Origin: Planctomycetota bacterium
GTDB taxonomy: Bacteria; Planctomycetota; UBA1135; UBA2386
DNA length: 64,000 nucleotides
Direction: 5' to 3'
Assembly (NCBI GenBank): GCA_965223545.1
Contig: OZ245006.1
Span: forward strand, 5,024,001 to 5,088,000
Positions within the stretch are counted from its first letter, which is position 1. Every line of letters begins with the position of its first letter. Under the pieces are notes generated by a model. The model did no database searches. It saw only the letters and a program-made list of their open reading frames with translations, and was not told the DNA's origin. Below, in pieces: positions 10,162 to 20,605 of this stretch. The translations under genes and the position numbers were made by a program.

Positions 10162-10818
10162 GTGGCCCGACCCAAAGACCCTGCTCTGCGCGCCAAGCTG
10201 CTCCACGCGGCCGCGGTCGAGTTCGCCGAGCGCGGCTTCGGCGGTGCCAGCATGAGCTCGATCGGCCGGCGGGCCGGCGTCACCAAGGGAGGCGTCTACT
10301 TCCACTTCCGCAGCAAGGAAGAGCTGTTCTTCGCTGCGGTCGACCAGTGGCGGGCGACGCTGCGCGGCGCCCTGGCCGAGGCCACGCGCGAGGGCAGCGG
10401 GGCGCGGCGGCTCCGCGCCTTCGTCATCGCGTTCTTGCGCTCACACTTTGCCGACGCGGCGCACGCGGCGCTGCTGCGCACCCTGCGGGCGGAGCTCTTG
10501 ACCACGTTCACCGCCGAGGTGCGCGACGACCTGCGCTCCGTGTTTCGCGCGGTGCGGGCGCAGCTCCGCGAGCTGTTGGTCGAAGGCGAGCGCGACGGCA
10601 GCTTGTACGCGCACGATCCGGCCTCGTCGGCGTTCTTGCTCGCCGCCGAACTCGATGGTGTGGTGCAGCAGTGGCTGGCCTCGCCGCGCGAGGTCGAGAG
10701 CTTCTGTCACCCCGAGTCCGTGGCCGATGCCATGATGGCTCCCTACCTCGCCGGCTCCGCCGGCCCGATTCCGCCGGCGCTCAGCGACGACGACCGCGCG
10801 CCGTTCCTCTCGTTCTGA
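10162..10818 (+). CDS. TetR/AcrR family transcriptional regulator
   Basis: N-terminal HTH: IGRRAGVTKGGVYFHFRSKEELF. Confidence 0.95.
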   Translation: MARPKDPALRAKLLHAAAVEFAERGFGGASMSSIGRRAGVTKGGVYFHFRSKEELFFAAVDQWRATLRGALAEATREGSGARRLRAFVIAFLRSHFADAAHAALLRTLRAELLTTFTAEVRDDLRSVFRAVRAQLRELLVEGERDGSLYAHDPASSAFLLAAELDGVVQQWLASPREVESFCHPESVADAMMAPYLAGSAGPIPPALSDDDRAPFLSF

Positions 10819-10843
10819 CCCTATCGGCCGCGCGCCCACCTCG

Positions 10844-11587
10844 ATGACCTCTGCCCCCGACTCGCCCAACAAAGAGTCCGCGTCTCCCCGGCCGCCGCTG
10901 CGGCTCAGCGTGGTGATGCCGGTCTACAACGAGATCAAGACGCTCGAAGTGATCCTCGAGCGGGTGCTGGCCGTACCGGTCGACAAGGAGGTCATCCTGG
11001 TGGATGACGGCTCGGTCGACGGCAGCCGCGAGCTGCTCGACACGCTCGCCGAGCGCCAGCCTGCGATCCGCGTCTTCAAGCACGATCGAAACCGCGGCAA
11101 AGGGGCGGCGTTGAAGACCGGATTCTCCCATGCCACCGGCGATGTGATCGTCATTCAGGACGCCGATCTCGAGTACGACCCAGACGATTATCCGGCGCTG
11201 ATGCGGCCGTTCTACGAGGCCGACGCCGACGTGGTCTACGGCTCGCGCTTCTTGGTGGGTGAGTACGCCCGCGTGCACCTGTTCTGGCACTACCTGGGCA
11301 ACCGCTTCCTCACGTTCTTGAGCAACATGTCGACGGGGCTCAACCTCACCGACATGGAGACCTGCTACAAGGCGTTCCGCCGCGAGGTGGTGGAGCGGAT
11401 CGAGATCCGCTCCCGCCGGTTCACCATCGAGCCGGAGCTGACGGCGAAGTTTGCGCGCATGAAGGTGCGCATCTTCGAGGTGCCGATCCGCTACGCCGGC
11501 CGCAACTACGGTGAGGGCAAGAAGATCACGTGGCGGGATGGCATCGCGGCGCTGTGGGCGATCGTGCGGTATCGGTTTGCGGATTGA
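10844..11587 (+). CDS. Glycosyltransferase family 2 (polyprenol-phosphate glycosyltransferase-like)
   Basis: VVMPVYNE, VDDGSVD, NRGKGAA, QDADLEYDP, TDMETCYK. Confidence 0.95.
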   Translation: MTSAPDSPNKESASPRPPLRLSVVMPVYNEIKTLEVILERVLAVPVDKEVILVDDGSVDGSRELLDTLAERQPAIRVFKHDRNRGKGAALKTGFSHATGDVIVIQDADLEYDPDDYPALMRPFYEADADVVYGSRFLVGEYARVHLFWHYLGNRFLTFLSNMSTGLNLTDMETCYKAFRREVVERIEIRSRRFTIEPELTAKFARMKVRIFEVPIRYAGRNYGEGKKITWRDGIAALWAIVRYRFAD

Positions 11588-11618
11588 GCCTGGGCGGGGT
11601 GGGCGGGGTCCCCTGGGC

Positions 11619-11948
11619 TCACGGCTCGCGGAGCATGCGCTCGAGCAGGTCGAACGCTTCGCGCTCGGCATCCGTCACGGCGCCGTCGACCGAGATGGTC
11701 GCGCGCGCCGCCTCGATGAAGAGTGACCGGTGCTGTGCGGGGATCTCCTGAGGATCGACCTGCTCCGGCCGTGGCGGGACTTTGAGCCAACCCTGCACCT
11801 CGGCGCGCTCGTCGTCGCTCAGCTGCAGGCGCTGTGCGAGGTGGGCGACCAGCTTGCGCTCCGCGTCGGTGACCTGCAGGTCCGACCAGGCAAACGAGCA
11901 GACGAAGCGCATCAGGCGCAGTCGGTCCGCTCGACTGAGTTGATCCAT
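11619..11948 (-). CDS. TerB-like (tellurite resistance family) small protein
   Basis: MDQLSRADRLRLMRFVCSFAWSDLQVTDAERK...DGAVTDAERE; duplicated DG/DxxVxxxE motif typical of TerB. Confidence 0.75.
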   Translation of the reverse strand: MDQLSRADRLRLMRFVCSFAWSDLQVTDAERKLVAHLAQRLQLSDDERAEVQGWLKVPPRPEQVDPQEIPAQHRSLFIEAARATISVDGAVTDAEREAFDLLERMLREP

Positions 11949-12059
11949 GCGGGGATGGTATCCCGCAGATCGCGGGGTGCACGATCTGCCGTGATTTCGA
12001 CTACGCTGCCAAATCGAGCACACTTGGGTCCCCGATGGGGCCGATAGGACGGAGCAGAG

Positions 12060-13748
12060 GTGCACGAACCACCCATGCTGGAGACCACGCAAGACCCCCC
12101 TGCGGCCAACCTTCCCGCAGTACAGCGCGCACGGCGCCGCCAGCCCGTGTTCGAGATGCGGTGGCGGAACCCGGAACGCGGCCTGCTGGACTACGCTTCG
12201 GCGGTCTGGGCGCGCAAGTACACCGTGTTGTTGGTGACCTTCCTGCTCGGCTTCGTCGGGCTCGTCTACGCGCTCAGCAAGCCGAACACCTACGCCTCCA
12301 AGGCGCGGCTGATGGTGCACGGCGCGGAGCTGTCGGGGACGGCGACCGACGCCGCGGCCGCTCTGCTGGGCACGGGGCGGATCCTGCCCGACCAGGTGGT
12401 GACGGCGGTCGAGATCATCCGCTCGCGCATCGTCTTGGCGCGGTTGGTGGACTCGCTCGGCTATGAGGCCATCCTCGCTCCATACCAGCCGCCGGCCGGC
12501 GACGAGGCCGACTCCGGTCTGTTCTCCCGGCTGATGGATGCGGTCCACCGCGTGCAAGCGCGGTTCTTGTCCGCGAGCGCGGTCGACTTCGGTGAGTTCG
12601 GCGAGGAGGAGCTGCGCGAGGCCGCGATCGAGGCGCTGGACACCAACCTCGAGGTGACGCACGCCGCGCGCGGCACGACGATCCAGCTGCAGTACCTGCA
12701 CACCGACCGCTTTACCGCGCAGCGGATCCTGGCGGCGGTCATGAAAGAGAGCATCGCCCGCTATGGCGAGGTCGTGGCACCGCCGGCGGGGCAGGACCTC
12801 GTCGCGGACAAGGTCGAGCAGGCTGCCGCGGAGACCAAGGCGGCCAATGAAGACGTCAGCCGTTTCGAGAGCGAGCACGGCTCGCTGGACATGACGGCGG
12901 AGATCGAATCGCTCAACGAGGCGCTGGCCGAACTCCGCGCCGCGCTGCGCGCCGCCAAGCTGGCGCTGTCCGAGAATGGCAGCGTGATCGACTCGCTGCA
13001 GGCCGAGCTGGACAATCTCAGCCCGACCGAGCGGGTTCCGGTGGAGCCGGTGTTCTCGCCCGAGGCGGGCCAATCGTGGCAAGCGGAGCTGCAGCGATTG
13101 CGCAGCTTGCGCAGCCAGCACAAGCCGGGGACCGAGGCCTACCAGACCCTCGACCGTCGCATTCGCGACTTGCTGGCCGACCGGGAGAGCCAGCAGACCG
13201 GCGGCGAAGGCCCGATCTATCAGAATCAGCCCAACCAGAGCTACTTGGAGATCGCCGGCATGATCCGCGATCGCCGCGTGCAGCTGATCGAGGCCAAGGC
13301 GCAGATCCCTGCGCTCGAAGCGGACATCGAAGGGCGCGAGGCCGAGCTGACCCGAGCGCAGCAGCTGCAGCGCGAGGCCAGCGCGCTGAGCGCGCGGTTG
13401 GAAGAGGCCGAGAAGACGCTGGAGGACTTCCGCGGCTTGGCCAAGACCTACCAGTTCACCAGCGAGCTCGATACGCGCGGGCTGACCAACTTGCGGGTCG
13501 TCGACTCCGCCTTGCTGCCGCGCACCAAGGAGGGGCCCAAGCGCGGCAAGATCCTGCTCGCGGCGATGGCCGCGGGGCTGATCTTCGCGGTGACCATGCT
13601 GCTGGTGCGCGTGCGGCTGAGCCGGCGGATGGTGCGGCACACCGACGTCGCCTTTGCCCTGGGGCGCAGCGATGTCGTCACCCTGCCGCTGTTGACCTCG
13701 CGCAATCTGCAGCGCTTCGAGGAAGCGCGCCGGAGGGGTTGGGAATGA
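12060..13748 (+). CDS. Polysaccharide co-polymerase / chain-length determinant (GumC/Wzc membrane domain)
   Basis: Two TM segments flank a coiled-coil; PNTYASKARL; VVDSALLP..P before TM2. Confidence 0.85.
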   Translation: MHEPPMLETTQDPPAANLPAVQRARRRQPVFEMRWRNPERGLLDYASAVWARKYTVLLVTFLLGFVGLVYALSKPNTYASKARLMVHGAELSGTATDAAAALLGTGRILPDQVVTAVEIIRSRIVLARLVDSLGYEAILAPYQPPAGDEADSGLFSRLMDAVHRVQARFLSASAVDFGEFGEEELREAAIEALDTNLEVTHAARGTTIQLQYLHTDRFTAQRILAAVMKESIARYGEVVAPPAGQDLVADKVEQAAAETKAANEDVSRFESEHGSLDMTAEIESLNEALAELRAALRAAKLALSENGSVIDSLQAELDNLSPTERVPVEPVFSPEAGQSWQAELQRLRSLRSQHKPGTEAYQTLDRRIRDLLADRESQQTGGEGPIYQNQPNQSYLEIAGMIRDRRVQLIEAKAQIPALEADIEGREAELTRAQQLQREASALSARLEEAEKTLEDFRGLAKTYQFTSELDTRGLTNLRVVDSALLPRTKEGPKRGKILLAAMAAGLIFAVTMLLVRVRLSRRMVRHTDVAFALGRSDVVTLPLLTSRNLQRFEEARRRGWE

Positions 13749-14470
13749 ACGACATCCCGGTCGAGGCCCAGCCTCGCGAGGGCAGCCCGTTTCTCAGCTG
13801 GCCGCGTCCCAACGACGAGTGGGAGCGGTCGCTGAAATCGCTCGTGCCGTACTGCGAAGAGCTGTGGAACCGCGTCCAGCTGGCCGACCCGCGGCCGGCG
13901 CACGGCAGTATCCGCATCTTCACCGTGGCGGGCTTGGTCGAGGGCGATGGCGCTTCGACGACCGCGACCGGCTTGTCCTACTACCTGGCGAACAGCCTCG
14001 GTGCCCGCGTGCTGTTGGTCGAGGCCGACCTCCGCGCGCCCTACCTGCGCAGCATGGGGCTGGTGCCCCGCGGGCCCGGGCTTGCCGGCGTCTTGCAGCG
14101 CCAAGTGAAGCTCAAGTACGTGGTCTTCGAGCTGCCGCGCGTCGGCTTCCACGTGCTGCCGGCCGGCGCAACGGTCGCCAGCCCGACGGCGCACATCAAT
14201 CCGTCCAAGCTCGGCCGGCTACTGCACGGAGTCGAGTCGCATTTCGACGTCGTGCTGTTCGACTCGCCGCCGCTGACGCTCGCCCCCGAGGCGCGCCACC
14301 TGGTGGCGATCTCGGACGCGACGATCCCCGTGCTGCGCAGCGGCCGCGCGCTGCCCGAGCAGGCCGCCTACTGGCTGGCCAAGATCCCCGAGTACGGCGG
14401 CAGGGTCGGCGCGGTGTGCCTCAACGGCGTCGAAGCCGTACTGCCGACCTCCGTCCGCGGTCTCTTCTGA
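13745..14470 (+). CDS. CpsD/CapB-like BY-kinase domain protein with degenerate Walker A
   Basis: EGDGASTT, LLVEADLRAP, VLFDSPP; start overlaps the co-polymerase stop (ATGA). Confidence 0.8.
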   Translation: MNDIPVEAQPREGSPFLSWPRPNDEWERSLKSLVPYCEELWNRVQLADPRPAHGSIRIFTVAGLVEGDGASTTATGLSYYLANSLGARVLLVEADLRAPYLRSMGLVPRGPGLAGVLQRQVKLKYVVFELPRVGFHVLPAGATVASPTAHINPSKLGRLLHGVESHFDVVLFDSPPLTLAPEARHLVAISDATIPVLRSGRALPEQAAYWLAKIPEYGGRVGAVCLNGVEAVLPTSVRGLF

Positions 14471-14491
14471 CCGCAGAACACACCCATCCCG

Positions 14492-14570
14492 GCGCACGTA
14501 CGGAGCCAGGCTCCGATTCATCACCCGGCGCCGCCGGGTGATGAATCGGAGCCTGGCTCCGTACGTGCGC
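14492..14570. repeat. REPIN-like perfect palindrome (39-bp arms)
   Basis: gcgcacgtacggagccaggctccgattcatcacccggcg / c / exact reverse complement, between convergent genes. Confidence 0.95.
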
Positions 14571-15898
14571 TACCCGTAGCGCAGTCGGATCGTGCGGATC
14601 GGATTGGTGGCCAGCGAGTCCTCTTCCGCCGACCGCTGCGCGCCGGCCAGCATGCCCATGAGGCCGCCCATGATCAGGTAGTGGGGGGTGCGCAGGAAGG
14701 AGTCGCCCCATGCCGTGCACACCAGCCAACCGAGCACCGGCACCAGGCCGGCGCCGACTTGTTGGAACAGGACACGGCGCGGAAACGTCCCCTGGCCGAT
14801 CACCCAGATGCTCGACAGCCAGAACGCCGACAGCAGCAGCATGCCGGGGTAGCCGAAGTGCAGCACCGCGAGCAGGAGCTCGCCGTCGATGATCTCCCAG
14901 AACTCGCGGGCGAAGGACTCGCCGTGGCCGAAGATCGGGCTGGCCTCGACCATCGGCTTCCACGTCTCGATCTGAAGGAAGCGGAAGAACAGGGTCTGGC
15001 CGGACTCGCTGGACGCGTCGGTGAGCGCCAAGCCGGCCAGGATGCCCGAGACGCCGGGCTGCAGCATCCAGACGAAGAACCCGATCCCGATTCCGCCGAG
15101 CAAGCAGGCAAACCAGCCCTGGCGTCGCAGGAGCACTGGCGCGAACAGCACCAGCGCCAGGCCGATGATCGGTCCGCGGCTGAGCGACATCAGCACGCCG
15201 ATGCAGCCCGCGATGATGCCGAAGTCGAGATAGCGTCCGGCGTGGCGGTAGATCTCCTCGCCGGCGCGCCGCACCGCGACCATCAGCAGGGTCAGCAGCA
15301 CGAGGGTGTGGCCCAGCTCGAGCTGGTTCTGGGTGAAGACGATGGGCCGGTAGATGCCCAGCCGGTAGAGGCCGATGACTTCCTCGCCGTATACCCAGCG
15401 CTGGAACCGCGGATACATCCGCGCCTCGAAGGCCATCAAGAGCAGGTAGACGATGACGATGGGCACGACGAGCCGGACCAGGCTCACCATGTCGCTGGCC
15501 CGCTGCAGGTAGAGCCGGCCGGCGAAGAAGGGCACGACGAGGGTCAAGAGCTGCGTCAGCAGCATCGATGCCGCCGCGTAGGCGCCCTGGTTGAGCGCGA
15601 CGCTGAGCGCCGTCCAGCCCACGTAGGCCAGCAGGAAGAGATCCGGCCACAGGAACCGGAAGCGTCGCCAGTTCTCGCGTGGTGAAAAAAGGAACAGCAG
15701 GCCCGCCGCCGCGGTGACGCAGGTCGTGCGGTCGAGGGTGGGGACGCCGGGCAGGTCGTACTCGGCGAACGCAGGCAAGAACAGCGGGCCGAGCAGGAGC
15801 AGCACCGGCACCAGCCGTTGCGGGCCGATGACGAACCCGCCCCAGAGGGTGAACCCAAGGGTCAAGAACAGGACCAGGATTGCGAAGTCTTGTCCCAC
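14570..15898 (-). CDS. Wzy/O-antigen ligase-like polytopic membrane protein
   Basis: About 12 hydrophobic segments, SLSRG motif, FRFLQ...PIFGHG loop; located in an EPS locus. Confidence 0.75.
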   Translation of the reverse strand: MGQDFAILVLFLTLGFTLWGGFVIGPQRLVPVLLLLGPLFLPAFAEYDLPGVPTLDRTTCVTAAAGLLFLFSPRENWRRFRFLWPDLFLLAYVGWTALSVALNQGAYAAASMLLTQLLTLVVPFFAGRLYLQRASDMVSLVRLVVPIVIVYLLLMAFEARMYPRFQRWVYGEEVIGLYRLGIYRPIVFTQNQLELGHTLVLLTLLMVAVRRAGEEIYRHAGRYLDFGIIAGCIGVLMSLSRGPIIGLALVLFAPVLLRRQGWFACLLGGIGIGFFVWMLQPGVSGILAGLALTDASSESGQTLFFRFLQIETWKPMVEASPIFGHGESFAREFWEIIDGELLLAVLHFGYPGMLLLSAFWLSSIWVIGQGTFPRRVLFQQVGAGLVPVLGWLVCTAWGDSFLRTPHYLIMGGLMGMLAGAQRSAEEDSLATNPIRTIRLRYG

Positions 15899-16082
15899 GG
15901 TGCGGTGCGCAGGGCGGCGTCGGCCCGGGTCTATCTTCGGCAGACGCGCGTGCGTCTGAGTAGCTCTTTCGGCGGGGCTCTTTCGGCGATGGCGCCGGCA
16001 TCATACGCAGCTGGCTCCCGGCTCAACTCGGCGATCCACCCTGGTCGAAAGACGCTGCATGGAGGAGACTTGCGCCCCCTCG

Positions 16083-17381
16083 ATGACCGCCGAAGACACC
16101 GACGCCGCGGGCGCTGGCGTTCGACGGAAGAGCGATGCACCGCCTCTGCTCGGGGTGCGAGTCGCCTACCTCGTCAATCAGTATCCGAAGGTCAGCCACA
16201 GCTTCATCCGCCGCGAGATCCACGCGCTGGAGGCGTTGGGGTGTGACGTGGAGCGCATTTCGGTGCGCCGCGTCGACGAAACCCTCGCCGATCCGGCCGA
16301 TCGCCGCGAAGCGGAGCTCACGCACGTGATCCTGGGTCGTGGCGCGCTACCGCTGCTGCGCGCGGTGGTCGGCACCGCGGTCACGGCGCCCCGCCGTTGG
16401 TTGGCGTCCCTGCGCTTGGCCTGGCGCCTGGGGCGGCGCTCGGACCGCGGCCGGCTGCGGCACCTGGTCTACTTTGCCGAGGCTTGCGTTTGCCTGCCCT
16501 GGCTGCGCGAGGCCGGCGCCCAGCACATCCACGCCCACTTCGGCACCAACTCGGCGATGGTCGCCATGTTGATCCATGCGCTGGGCGGGTCGCGCTACAG
16601 CTTCACGGTGCACGGGCCGGAAGAGTTCGACAAGCCGGAGTTCATCGCGCTCGGCGAGAAGATCCGGCGCGCGGCGTTCACGATCGCGATCAGCGACTTC
16701 GGCAAGAGCCAGCTCTACCGCCAGGTCGAGTACGACCACTGGCGCAAGATCGCCGTGGTGCGTTGCGGTGTCGACCAGCGGTTCCTCGGCGCGCCGGTGG
16801 TGCCGGCTCCGACCGCTCCGCGGTTGGTCTGTGTCGGTCGACTCTGCGAGCAAAAGGGACAATCGCTGTTGGTGGAAGCGGCGGCGCAGCTGGTGGCGGC
16901 GGGGCGCGAGCTCGAGCTGGTGCTGGTCGGCGATGGGCCGATGCGACCGCAGATCGAGGAGCTGATCCAGCGCGCGGGTCTGCGCGGATCGATCCGCATC
17001 ACCGGGTGGTTGGGCGAAGCCGAGGTGCTGCGCGAAATCGTGTCGGCGCGGGCGCTGGTGTTGCCGAGCTTCGCGGAAGGGCTGCCGGTCGTCATCATGG
17101 AAGCGCTGGCGCTCGGGCGGCCGGTGATCGTGACGCGCATCGCCGGCATTCCGGAGCTGGTCGAGGACGGCACCAACGGCTGGTTGGTGACCGCCGGCAG
17201 CGTCGATCAGCTCGTGCATGCCATGGGCGAGGCGCTCGGCGCCAGCCCCGAGTTGCTCGATCGGCTCGGAGCCGCCGGCCGCAAGCGCGTGTTGGCGCAG
17301 CACGACGCCCATGCCGAGGGCGCCAAGCTCGGTGGTCAGATCGCCCGGGCGATCGCCGAGCGGCCACCGGAGGCGCGGTGA
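16083..17381 (+). CDS. Glycosyltransferase family 4 (WcaL-like)
   Basis: HIHAHFG, VGRLCEQKG, PSFAEGLPVVIMEA (EX7E). Confidence 0.93.
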   Translation: MTAEDTDAAGAGVRRKSDAPPLLGVRVAYLVNQYPKVSHSFIRREIHALEALGCDVERISVRRVDETLADPADRREAELTHVILGRGALPLLRAVVGTAVTAPRRWLASLRLAWRLGRRSDRGRLRHLVYFAEACVCLPWLREAGAQHIHAHFGTNSAMVAMLIHALGGSRYSFTVHGPEEFDKPEFIALGEKIRRAAFTIAISDFGKSQLYRQVEYDHWRKIAVVRCGVDQRFLGAPVVPAPTAPRLVCVGRLCEQKGQSLLVEAAAQLVAAGRELELVLVGDGPMRPQIEELIQRAGLRGSIRITGWLGEAEVLREIVSARALVLPSFAEGLPVVIMEALALGRPVIVTRIAGIPELVEDGTNGWLVTAGSVDQLVHAMGEALGASPELLDRLGAAGRKRVLAQHDAHAEGAKLGGQIARAIAERPPEAR

Positions 17382-17493
17382 TGCCCCGGCTCGAATCGCC
17401 GGTGGTCCGCGGGCGGTTTGCCAACGGCGCGGCGATGGGCATGATGCACCGCCGCCACGGCCGGCCCGGGCCTCGTCCAGTCGTCGGAAGACC

Positions 17494-18831
17494 ATGAACC
17501 CTCGCTCCCAGTACGCCGCCGAGCTGGCAAAGAAGATCGAAGACCGCTCCGCGACGGTGGCCGTCGTGGGCCTCGGCTACGTCGGTCTGCCGTTGGTGCG
17601 CGTGATGCACGCGGCCGGCTTCCAAGTCCTCGGTTTCGACACCGACGTCAAGAAGATCCGCATGCTGGAGCGCGGCGAGGCCTACCTCCAGCACCTGGGC
17701 ACCGATCTCACCCAAGAGCTGGCTGCCTCCGACCGCTTTACGCCGACCGCGCGCGCCGAGGACTTGGCCGCGGCCGACGCGATCATCCTGTGCGTGCCGT
17801 CACCGGTCGGACCGCACAACGAGCCCGACATGACCTACATCGTGTCCTCGACGCGGATGGTTGCCGGTGTCTTGCGGCGCGGCCAGCTGGTGTCGCTGGA
17901 GTCGACGACCTATCCGGGGACGACGCGCGGCGACTGCAAACCGCTGCTGGACGCGACGGGGCTGGAATGCGGGGTCGACTACTTTCTCGCCTTCAGCCCG
18001 GAGCGAGAGGACCCTGGCCGCGAAGGAGTGTCGACGCAGACCATCCCCAAGCTGGTGGGAGGGCTCGACGACGTCAGCGGCGATTTGGCGCACCAGCTCT
18101 ACTCCGCCGCGGTGGCGCAGGCGGTGCGCGTCGAGTCGGCCGAGGTCGCCGAGGCGGCCAAGCTGCTGGAGAACATCTACCGCGCGGTCAACATCGCGCT
18201 GGTCAACGAGCTCAAGCCGGTGCTGCTCAGCATGGGCATCGACATCTGGCGCGTGATCGAGGCGGCGGCGACCAAGCCGTTCGGGTTCCAGCCGTTCTAT
18301 CCCGGGCCCGGCCTCGGCGGCCACTGCATCCCCATCGATCCGTTTTACCTGACGTGGAAGGCGCGCGAGTTCGGTCACCACACTCGGTTCATCGAGCTGG
18401 CGGGTGAGATCAACAGCTCGATGCCCGGCTTCGTCGTGCAACGGACGATGGAGGGACTCAACGAGGTCGGCAAAGCAGTCAAGGGGGCGCGGGTGTTGAT
18501 CTGCGGGGTCGCCTACAAGCCGGACATCGACGATGTGCGCGAGACCCCGGCCGCCGAGATCATCGAGCGCCTCCTGCAGCACGGCGCCGACATCAGCTAC
18601 CACGACCCGCATGTCGCTCGACTCGGTGGAATGCGCAAGTACGACCTGGAGCTCGCATCGGTGCCGTTGACGCCCGAAGCGCTGCGCCAGAGCGACGCGG
18701 TGATCGTCGTCACCAATCACAAGGCCATCGACTGGGCCCTGGTCGCGCGCGAAGCGCCGTTGATCGTCGACACACGCGACGTGCTATCCAAGCTCCCGGA
18801 TCCACCCACCGGCCTGGTCATCAAGGCCTGA
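17494..18831 (+). CDS. Nucleotide-sugar dehydrogenase (UDP-GlcNAc 6-dehydrogenase, WbpA-like)
   Basis: VVGLGYVGLP, ESTTYPGTT, FSPERED, GGHCIPID, AYKPDIDD. Confidence 0.93.
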   Translation: MNPRSQYAAELAKKIEDRSATVAVVGLGYVGLPLVRVMHAAGFQVLGFDTDVKKIRMLERGEAYLQHLGTDLTQELAASDRFTPTARAEDLAAADAIILCVPSPVGPHNEPDMTYIVSSTRMVAGVLRRGQLVSLESTTYPGTTRGDCKPLLDATGLECGVDYFLAFSPEREDPGREGVSTQTIPKLVGGLDDVSGDLAHQLYSAAVAQAVRVESAEVAEAAKLLENIYRAVNIALVNELKPVLLSMGIDIWRVIEAAATKPFGFQPFYPGPGLGGHCIPIDPFYLTWKAREFGHHTRFIELAGEINSSMPGFVVQRTMEGLNEVGKAVKGARVLICGVAYKPDIDDVRETPAAEIIERLLQHGADISYHDPHVARLGGMRKYDLELASVPLTPEALRQSDAVIVVTNHKAIDWALVAREAPLIVDTRDVLSKLPDPPTGLVIKA

Positions 18832-18862
18832 CGCCCGACGGCAGGTGCAGGTACGGAGCCAG

Positions 18863-19112
18863 TCCTGCCCCGGCAGATTTGTCGGCCCTTCAGGGCAGGA
18901 AACTAGCCGCTGAGGAAGGGGGAGGGGAACGTGTGAGGGGCCCGGCAGCTACGCCCCCAATAGCCACTGGAGCACGTTTGCCCCAGAGCCAGTCTGGGTC
19001 CGAGTTGGCCATCCTTCACTGGTGAGGGGCACGTCGCCGTGCCCACTCCCGCAGGTCAGATTCGTTTGATCGCCGCCTCGGGCCGGGCCCACCACAACAA
19101 TGAGGATGAAGT
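18863..19112 (+). ncRNA. Putative bridge RNA region of IS110
   Basis: 250-bp structured non-coding end containing caggtcag (matches element right end plus core) and gagccag/ggagc (matches target). Boundaries not resolved. Confidence 0.6.
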
Positions 19113-20495
19113 ATGGCTGGGAAGAGCAGAACGAGGAAGGGCAAGAAGCCCGCAGCGGAAGTATTGCCAGTCGTGAAGCCCAACGCCGCCGGAATCGACA
19201 TCGGCAGCCGCGAGCACTGGGTGTGCGCAGCAGCACCCGACGGCAGTCGTCCGATCAAGCGATTCGGAACGACGACGCCCCAGCTAGAGGCGCTCGCGGA
19301 CTGGCTGGAGGAGCTCGGAGTGCGATCCGTCGCGATGGAGAGCACCTATGTCTACTGGATTCCCGTCTACGAGCTACTCGAGTCGAGAGGCTTCGAGGTC
19401 ATCCTCGCGAATGCCCGCGAGGTGAAGAACGTGCCGGGCCGCTCCAAGTCCGATGCCAGCGATTGCAGTTGGCTGCAGAAGCTACACACCTATGGCCTCA
19501 TTCGCGCTTCGTTCCGGCCTCCGAAGGACATCTGTGCGTTGCGGACCCTGCAACGCCATGCCGCGTCTTTGATCGCGCAGCGCACGCGCCACACGCAGTT
19601 GATGCAGCGGTCACTGGATCAGATGAACGTGGCGATCCATCGCGCGGTAACGGACATCACCGGCAAGACCGGCCTCGCGATCATCCGCGCGATTCTCGCT
19701 GGTGAACGCGACCCTCGAGCGCTCGCCAGACTGCGTGATCCGCGCTGCAAGATCTCCGAGAAGGAGCTCGCGGATCACTTGCAAGGGACCTGGATCGAGG
19801 AGCACATCTTCACTCTCGCTTCGGGCTTGCGGATGCTCGAGCACACCGACCACGAGATCGAGTCGGTCGAGAAGCGATTGATGGCGATGATCGAGGACCT
19901 GCAACCGGAGGAAGCCAAGACGGCTGACGTCCCCGAGCATCCAGACCCCCGCAAGGAGAGGAGCATCCGAACGAAGGGCGGCCGGGAGCTTCGCGATGCC
20001 CTCTGCCGGCTCGTCGGGTGTGATCTCACGCGAATCGACGGTATCAGCCCGAGCACGGCCATGATCGTGCTCACCGAGGTCGGCTACGACCTCGATGCTT
20101 TCCCGACCGAGAAGCACTTCGTCTCCTGGCTACGCCTGTGCCCACGTCAAGCCGTCTCGGGTGGAAAGCGCATCAAGAAGCACCGCAACAACATCGCGGT
20201 CAGCAGGATCGCCACGGTCCTCCGGATGGCCGCCCTGTCCCTCCAACGTACTCAGACAGCTCTCGGCGCACACTTCCGCAAGATCGCCCGCGCGAAGGAC
20301 GGCAACGTCGCCATCTTTGCCATCGCCCGCAAACTGGCCCTGCTCATCTACCGCATGCTGAAGTTCGGCCAGGACTACGTAGACGAAGGCGCCAAGGCCT
20401 ACGAGGAGCGCTTCACCCAGCGACGCATCGTCGGACTCCGACAGAACGCTAAATCCCTCGGGTACAAGCTCATACCGATCGTCGAGGCTGGGTGA
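19113..20495 (+). CDS. IS110 family transposase/recombinase
   Basis: DEDD RuvC-like residues GIDIG, AMES, KSDASD; C-terminal IDGIS...SGGK domain. Confidence 0.95.
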   Translation: MAGKSRTRKGKKPAAEVLPVVKPNAAGIDIGSREHWVCAAAPDGSRPIKRFGTTTPQLEALADWLEELGVRSVAMESTYVYWIPVYELLESRGFEVILANAREVKNVPGRSKSDASDCSWLQKLHTYGLIRASFRPPKDICALRTLQRHAASLIAQRTRHTQLMQRSLDQMNVAIHRAVTDITGKTGLAIIRAILAGERDPRALARLRDPRCKISEKELADHLQGTWIEEHIFTLASGLRMLEHTDHEIESVEKRLMAMIEDLQPEEAKTADVPEHPDPRKERSIRTKGGRELRDALCRLVGCDLTRIDGISPSTAMIVLTEVGYDLDAFPTEKHFVSWLRLCPRQAVSGGKRIKKHRNNIAVSRIATVLRMAALSLQRTQTALGAHFRKIARAKDGNVAIFAIARKLALLIYRMLKFGQDYVDEGAKAYEERFTQRRIVGLRQNAKSLGYKLIPIVEAG

Positions 20496-20605
20496 GTTTC
20501 AGGTCAGGCTCCGATTCATCACCCGGCCACGGCGCTCGAACGAAGCCAGGCTCCGCCGGGTGATGAATCGGAGCCTGGCTCCGTACCTGCACCTGCCGTC
20601 GGGCG

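Larger units (their letters stand above)
18863..20507 (+). mobile_element. IS110-family element (long left non-coding end) inserted in a REP
   Basis: Junctions ggagcCAG|tcctg and aggtCAG|gctcc; removal restores gtacggagccaggctccgattcatcac. No terminal IRs. Confidence 0.92.

Noticed and set aside
11619..13640. 673-aa minus-strand ORF and similar long GC-rich shadow ORFs throughout
   Set aside because: Antisense to well-supported genes; only the last 109 aa (TerB-like) appears real.
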